A DNA stretch of 62,068 nt from an uncultured Rhodanobacteraceae bacterium. Its GTDB lineage: Bacteria > Pseudomonadota > Gammaproteobacteria > Xanthomonadales > Rhodanobacteraceae. Under the pieces are notes generated by a model, which was not told the origin of the DNA, did not search any database, and saw only the letters and a program-made list of their open reading frames with translations. The translations under genes were made by a program, and so were the position numbers. The stretch spans positions 1-62,068 of the forward strand of contig CAZBZD010000001.1 in NCBI GenBank assembly GCA_964496295.1. The letters are read 5' to 3'. Position 1 is the stretch's first letter; the number at the start of each line of letters is the position of its first letter. Below, in pieces: positions 58,318 through 62,068 of the stretch.

Positions 58318-59328
58318 GTGAACCAGGCACGCGACGCTCCCCGCCGCACCGTCCTGGTCACCGGCGGCGCCGGCTACATCGGCAGCCACGTCGTGCTGCA
58401 ACTGCGCGAGGCCGGCGAGCAGGTCGTGGTGCTGGACGACCTGAGCACCGGCTTCCGCGAGGCGGTGACGGGCACGCCCCTGGTGGTCGGCAACGTCGGC
58501 GACCAGGTACTGGTGGCCCGCGTGCTGGACGAGCACGGCGTGGACACGGTCATGCATTTCGCCGCGCGCACCATCGTGCCCGAATCGGTGGCCGACCCGC
58601 TGCGCTATTACGGCAACAACACCTGCGCCACCCGCAACCTGCTCGAATGCTGCCGCGACGGCGGCGTGGCGCAGATCGTGTTTTCCTCCAGCGCCGCGGT
58701 CTACGGCATGCCCGAGGGCGGGCGCGCCAGCGAAGACACGCCGACCGCGCCCATCAACCCCTACGGCAGCTCCAAGCTGATGAGCGAATGGATGCTGCGC
58801 GACCTGTCCGCCGCCGGCGGTCCGCGCCATGTCGCGCTGCGCTACTTCAACGTGGCCGGCTGCGACCCGGCCGGGCGCATCGGGCAATCGACGGCGAACG
58901 CGACCCTGCTGGTCAAGGTCGCCTGCGAGGCGGCCCTGGGCAAGCGCCCGCCGCTGTCGATCTTCGGCACCGACTACGACACTCCCGACGGCACCGGCGT
59001 GCGCGACTACATCCACGTCGAGGACCTGGCGCGCGCGCACGTCGACGCGCTGCGCTACCTGCGCGCCGGGGGCGGGCCGGTCACGCTGAACTGCGGCTAC
59101 GGCCACGGCTATTCGGTGCGCGAGGTCCTGGCCGCCGTCGGACGCGCCCACGGCGCGGCGGTGCCCTGCGTCGAGGCGCCGCGGCGCGCCGGCGACCCGC
59201 CGTCCCTGGTGGCGGTCGCCGGGCGCATCCGGGCCACGCTCGGCTGGCAACCCCGCCACGACGACCTGGATTTCATCGCGCGCACGGCCCTGGCGTGGGA
59301 GCGCAAGCTGGCGGCGGCGGGACGCTGA
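58318..59328 (+). CDS. galE: UDP-glucose 4-epimerase
   Basis: VTGGAGYIGSH, FSSSAAVYG, YGSSK, LRYFNVAG and TPDGTGVRDYIHV. Confidence 0.95.
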   Translation: MNQARDAPRRTVLVTGGAGYIGSHVVLQLREAGEQVVVLDDLSTGFREAVTGTPLVVGNVGDQVLVARVLDEHGVDTVMHFAARTIVPESVADPLRYYGNNTCATRNLLECCRDGGVAQIVFSSSAAVYGMPEGGRASEDTPTAPINPYGSSKLMSEWMLRDLSAAGGPRHVALRYFNVAGCDPAGRIGQSTANATLLVKVACEAALGKRPPLSIFGTDYDTPDGTGVRDYIHVEDLARAHVDALRYLRAGGGPVTLNCGYGHGYSVREVLAAVGRAHGAAVPCVEAPRRAGDPPSLVAVAGRIRATLGWQPRHDDLDFIARTALAWERKLAAAGR

Positions 59329-59435
59329 GCGGAGGCGCCGGGAAACCCCGCGCGGCCTCCGCGGCCCGGCCCGGGCACGCACGCCGGAAACATCGCGCAT
59401 CGCGCCGCGCCGGACGTCGCTTTCCCGCGGCATGT

Positions 59436-59452
59436 CGCCGGAAAACCTTACA
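59436..59452 (+). promoter_or_regulatory. Degenerate enhancer box (putative PrsR site)
   Basis: CGCCGGAAAACCTTACA has an intact right half-site and ends 64 bp before the sigma-54 motif, like the other proximal boxes. Confidence 0.6.
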
Positions 59453-59515
59453 AATTTCCGTTCGTCGCGCGGGCACCGGGCGCGCAAGTCGTTGAAAGAT
59501 CACGTGCTTGCGTCT

Positions 59516-59531
59516 TGGCACGCCGGTTGCT
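59516..59531 (+). promoter_or_regulatory. Sigma-54 promoter (-24/-12)
   Basis: TGGCACGCCGGTTGCT is a full consensus match. An IHF-like GATCAC-GTGC-TTG lies at 59498-59510. Confidence 0.88.
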
Positions 59532-59572
59532 TCCTCGTTCGGGTGACACATCGGGCGGATCGAGGAAAGACG

Positions 59573-60286
59573 ATGAAAACGAGGCAATGTCACTTGGTCT
59601 TCGGATGGCTCGCGGCCGTCGCGGCGGTGCTGCTGGTGCAGCCGAAGCCGGCGTTTGCCGTGCCGGTCACGATCACGCTCGGCCAGGTCTTCACCGGCAG
59701 CGTTCCGGACGGCGCGTCGCCGTGGCTCGAGGCCACGTTCGAGCAGACCGCTTCGAACGCGGGAACCCTGACGCTGACTTCCAGGCTCGACGCGAACGAT
59801 TTCCTGCAGGGCCTCGCCAGCCCCCACGCCACGATCGGCTGGGCTTTCCATCTCGGCCCGGCACTCGACTCGATCAGTTGCTCCGGCGGCAGTTGCGCCG
59901 GCAACAACGCCCTGTTCGGCGGCAGCTACAACGCCGGCCCGGTGCCCGGAGGCTTCAACCTGGCCTTCGGCTGGAATTCGTCGAGCCGCTTTGACGGATC
60001 CGATTCGGCCGTCTACGCCCTGACCTTCGGCAGCATGCTGTCCGGCAGCCCCTTCACGCCCAACACGGACGGATGGACGTCGGTCGCGCATGTCCAGGGC
60101 ATCGGCCCCAACGCCGGTTGCAGCGGCTGGATCGTGGCCGGCCACGGAACGCCCGGCGACTCCGGCGCGTGCGGCACGCCCTTCGACGTGCCCCACGACG
60201 TGCCCGAGCCCGGCAACCTGGGCATGCTCGGCGTGGGCATCCTGCTGGCCGGATGGTTCCTGGGATGGCGCCGCCGCCACGTCTGA
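59573..60286 (+). CDS. PEP-CTERM sorting-domain protein
   Basis: Signal peptide ending PAFA, VAHVQGIG motif, and C-terminal VPEPGNLGMLGVGILLAGWFLGW-RRRHV. Confidence 0.92.
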   Translation: MKTRQCHLVFGWLAAVAAVLLVQPKPAFAVPVTITLGQVFTGSVPDGASPWLEATFEQTASNAGTLTLTSRLDANDFLQGLASPHATIGWAFHLGPALDSISCSGGSCAGNNALFGGSYNAGPVPGGFNLAFGWNSSSRFDGSDSAVYALTFGSMLSGSPFTPNTDGWTSVAHVQGIGPNAGCSGWIVAGHGTPGDSGACGTPFDVPHDVPEPGNLGMLGVGILLAGWFLGWRRRHV

Positions 60287-60326
60287 CCCCCTCACCTTTC
60301 GGCCGACCCCCCAAGGCCGAATCCCC

Positions 60327-60363
60327 ACGCCGCCCTCGGGATTCTCGGGGGTGGCGTTCTTTT
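60327..60363 (+). terminator. Intrinsic terminator
   Basis: ACGCCGCCCTCGGG-ATT-CTCGGGGGTGGCGT stem followed by TCTTTT. Confidence 0.65.
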
Positions 60364-60479
60364 GCGGGCACCCTGCGGCACCCGGTCCGGTGCGCCGTGG
60401 CTCGGATGCAGCCGGGGGTACGTGATGTCTTCCCGGGACCGTTCTGGCGGCAGATGACACCCTGACGTCTGCCGGCAGC

Positions 60480-61421
60480 TCACTTTTCCGCGAAGAGCCG
60501 GCGGTGGCAGGCGAGAAACGCCCGCTGTTCCGGCCGGAAAGGTTCCGTGCGCTTGTCGGGATCGATCGACCAGCGTTCCAGCACGTCGCGCGGCAAGGAT
60601 TCGTGCACGTGCATGCGGCCGTCGTTTTCGAACGTGATCCATTGTTCGTCGAACAAGGCATCCACGTGGGGCGACAGCAGCATGCCGTTGAAACCGGAGA
60701 TGCGTTCGGCATTGGTGGCCATGCGCCAGGGCTTGATGTGGCTGGCGATCAGCACGCGGGTGTCGGTGACGCCGGTGACGCGGCAGGCGTGATCGAGCAG
60801 GATCACCCGCTTTCGAAAGAGCCCTTGCCCGACACGGGCCTTGCTCAGTTGCAGACGCTGGGTCTCGGGAATGGATCCGTCGTGCTCGATGCGGTGGATG
60901 TCTTCCAGAATGTCGACAGCCGGCTCGGATTCGGGGCGGTAGGGCGGCGGTGCGTCCAGGTCGCGGATTTCGTCGGCACGCAACAACGCCAGGAGCAAGT
61001 GGCCGAGTGCATCCGGTATGCCGGCCAGATAGCACCCCTGGTTGCCGTTGCCGTTGCGCTGCAGCGGCGAGTGCCGGGCCGGCAGCATGGGTGCGATGGC
61101 ATCGATGTGCTGCTTGGGCCGCAGCGGCACGGGCGCTTCCGTGAAGACGACATTGACCAGCCAGCCTTCATGGGACCAGTAGTCGCCGACGGTCTCGAAT
61201 TCGTCGGGTTTCGGGCAGGCCTCGGCCGCATCCGTCACGCGACCGATGGCACCGATCCGGCCATGGGCATACGAGAACACCGTGTCGCCGGGTCGTACCA
61301 GCCGCATGTTTTCGTAGGTCTGGTTGAACGCGCCATTCGCGTTGCGCATCGGCGACCACAGATAGCCGCCACGTACTTCGTGGTCGCGTGTCTGCTTGTG
61401 ATTCACCCACCAGAATGCCAT
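60480..61421 (-). CDS. EVE(PUA-superfamily)-HNH modification-dependent (type IV) restriction endonuclease, VcaM4I-like
   Basis: N domain: MAFWWVNHKQT...GGYLWSP...YENMRLVRPGDTVFSY...SPLQRNGNGNQ. C domain: RVGQGLFR, CRVTG, ASHIKPW and NGMLLSPHVDALFD. 313 aa, RBS AGAGGGG. Confidence 0.85.
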   Translation of the reverse strand: MAFWWVNHKQTRDHEVRGGYLWSPMRNANGAFNQTYENMRLVRPGDTVFSYAHGRIGAIGRVTDAAEACPKPDEFETVGDYWSHEGWLVNVVFTEAPVPLRPKQHIDAIAPMLPARHSPLQRNGNGNQGCYLAGIPDALGHLLLALLRADEIRDLDAPPPYRPESEPAVDILEDIHRIEHDGSIPETQRLQLSKARVGQGLFRKRVILLDHACRVTGVTDTRVLIASHIKPWRMATNAERISGFNGMLLSPHVDALFDEQWITFENDGRMHVHESLPRDVLERWSIDPDKRTEPFRPEQRAFLACHRRLFAEK

Positions 61422-61954
61422 GGCGCCCCTCTGGCACCAGGTTATCCGATTCGTTCGGGGCAGGTAAGGGGAGCGCGGGGCCGGAGATGCGTTCGATCCT
61501 GCGACGCGGACATTTTCGGCTCGGTAACGATCATGAACGGTGTGACCGGAGGCCGCGCCGACCTTTGCCGGGAATGAAGAAGCCCGCGAAGACACGAGTA
61601 TCTTCGAAGAGCCCGCCGTGACGATGGGCGGGCTCGAAGCGCCGGTCCGTTCGCCGACCTTCCGGGGAAAGGGAACCGAGTGCCAGGGAGGCCGGCGTAC
61701 TCGAGGTGGCAATGCGGATGCCGGCCGGGATACCCACCGACCAACAGAGCCTGGTGTTGCTTGAAGTGCTCGACAAGGCACGTCCGGAAGGCGTGGAAGT
61801 GCAGGAATGGCGTTGGCTCCGGTTTGGTGGGCCAACCTCGCCGAGGTCTTCCGTTTGCATCCATGTTGGCTCGACAGGGGTCGGCGCGTGCCCGGGTCAT
61901 TCCGGCGCTTTCGTGGGATTGTCGTTGCACAACCCGGGCTTGGAAGCGGGCACG

Positions 61955-61980
61955 AAAAAGCCCGCATCGATCGCGGGCCT
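61955..61980 (-). terminator. Intrinsic terminator downstream of the tRNA
   Basis: The minus strand reads AG-GCCCGC-GATCGAT-GCGGGC-TTTTT. Confidence 0.75.
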
Positions 61981-62014
61981 TGTTCTTGCAAGTTCTTGTT
62001 TTTGCCGCTGAAAA

Positions 62015-62068
62015 TGGTGGCTACAGGTGGGCTCGAACCACCGACCTCGGCATTATGAGTGCCGCGCT
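62015..62068 (-). tRNA. tRNA-Met (CAT), elongator type; 5' end cut off by the window edge
   Basis: The minus strand reads ...AGCG-CGGCA-CTCATAA-TGCCG-AGGTC-GGTGG-TTCGAGC-CCACC-TGTAGCC-ACCA. The acceptor 3' strand GTAGCC resembles elongator tRNA-Met rather than tRNA-Ile2 or fMet. Confidence 0.93.

Noticed and set aside
803-59487. Many very long overlapping or antisense ORFs (e.g. 803..3475, 805..3345, 4184..7159, 34236..37085, 55432..59487)
   Set aside because: They are Arg/Pro/Ala-rich shadow frames of real genes, expected in high-GC DNA, with no motifs or RBS.
6409-61991. Long N-terminal extensions in the ORF track (e.g. 6409..8835, 14713..17487, 24120..27542, 42976..45000, 46488..49358, 60480..61991)
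   Set aside because: The real genes start at internal ATG/GTG/TTG codons that have an RBS or overlap the previous stop. The extensions run through neighbouring genes in another frame or through intergenic DNA.
61442-62058. Short ORFs between the nuclease and the tRNA
   Set aside because: They have no recognisable domains or integrase motifs, and some overlap the terminator or the tRNA.
1039-62068. Whole locus as a tRNA-Met-anchored genomic island
   Set aside because: I found no integrase, no copy of the tRNA 3' end at the left boundary, and no mobility genes. The core genes share the high-GC character of most of the window.
1-62068. CRISPR array, rRNA genes or IS elements
   Set aside because: I saw no regularly spaced direct repeats, rRNA-like sequence, transposase ORF or terminal inverted repeats.

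Overview
GC-rich proteobacterial DNA, probably Xanthomonadales/Rhodanobacteraceae-like (inferred). About 59 kb (1.0-60.3 kb) is one exopolysaccharide/glycan locus of the exosortase A (XrtA)/PEP-CTERM type. Its conserved core encodes a priming sugar transferase, Wza, chain-length determinant, tyrosine kinase and phosphatase, outer-membrane protein, ATPase, deacetylase, FemAB-like protein, glycosyltransferases, xrtA, amidotransferase, O-ligase, prsK-prsR-prsT and galE. A variable middle adds a sulfotransferase, three ATP-grasp ligases, three asparagine-synthetase-like proteins lacking the catalytic Cys, two methyltransferases, the WbpB/D/E/I diacetamido-uronate pathway and a flippase. There are three PEP-CTERM substrate genes. 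Four sigma-54 promoters are readable from the DNA, each with an upstream TGTCGG-N6-TTACA enhancer box (one degenerate); three also have IHF-like sites. One of them drives a large secreted protein with no PEP-CTERM tail. A short-type phosphatidylserine decarboxylase plus a small membrane protein sits between PEP-CTERM genes and is a candidate lipid-anchor supply module for exosortase. The left edge looks like an integron gene cassette (low-GC lipoprotein gene, core site, start of an attC) with no intact integrase. The right edge carries an EVE-HNH modification-dependent restriction endonuclease downstream of a truncated tRNA-Met. Family names, including TIGR numbers, come from motif recognition and gene order, not from database searches.
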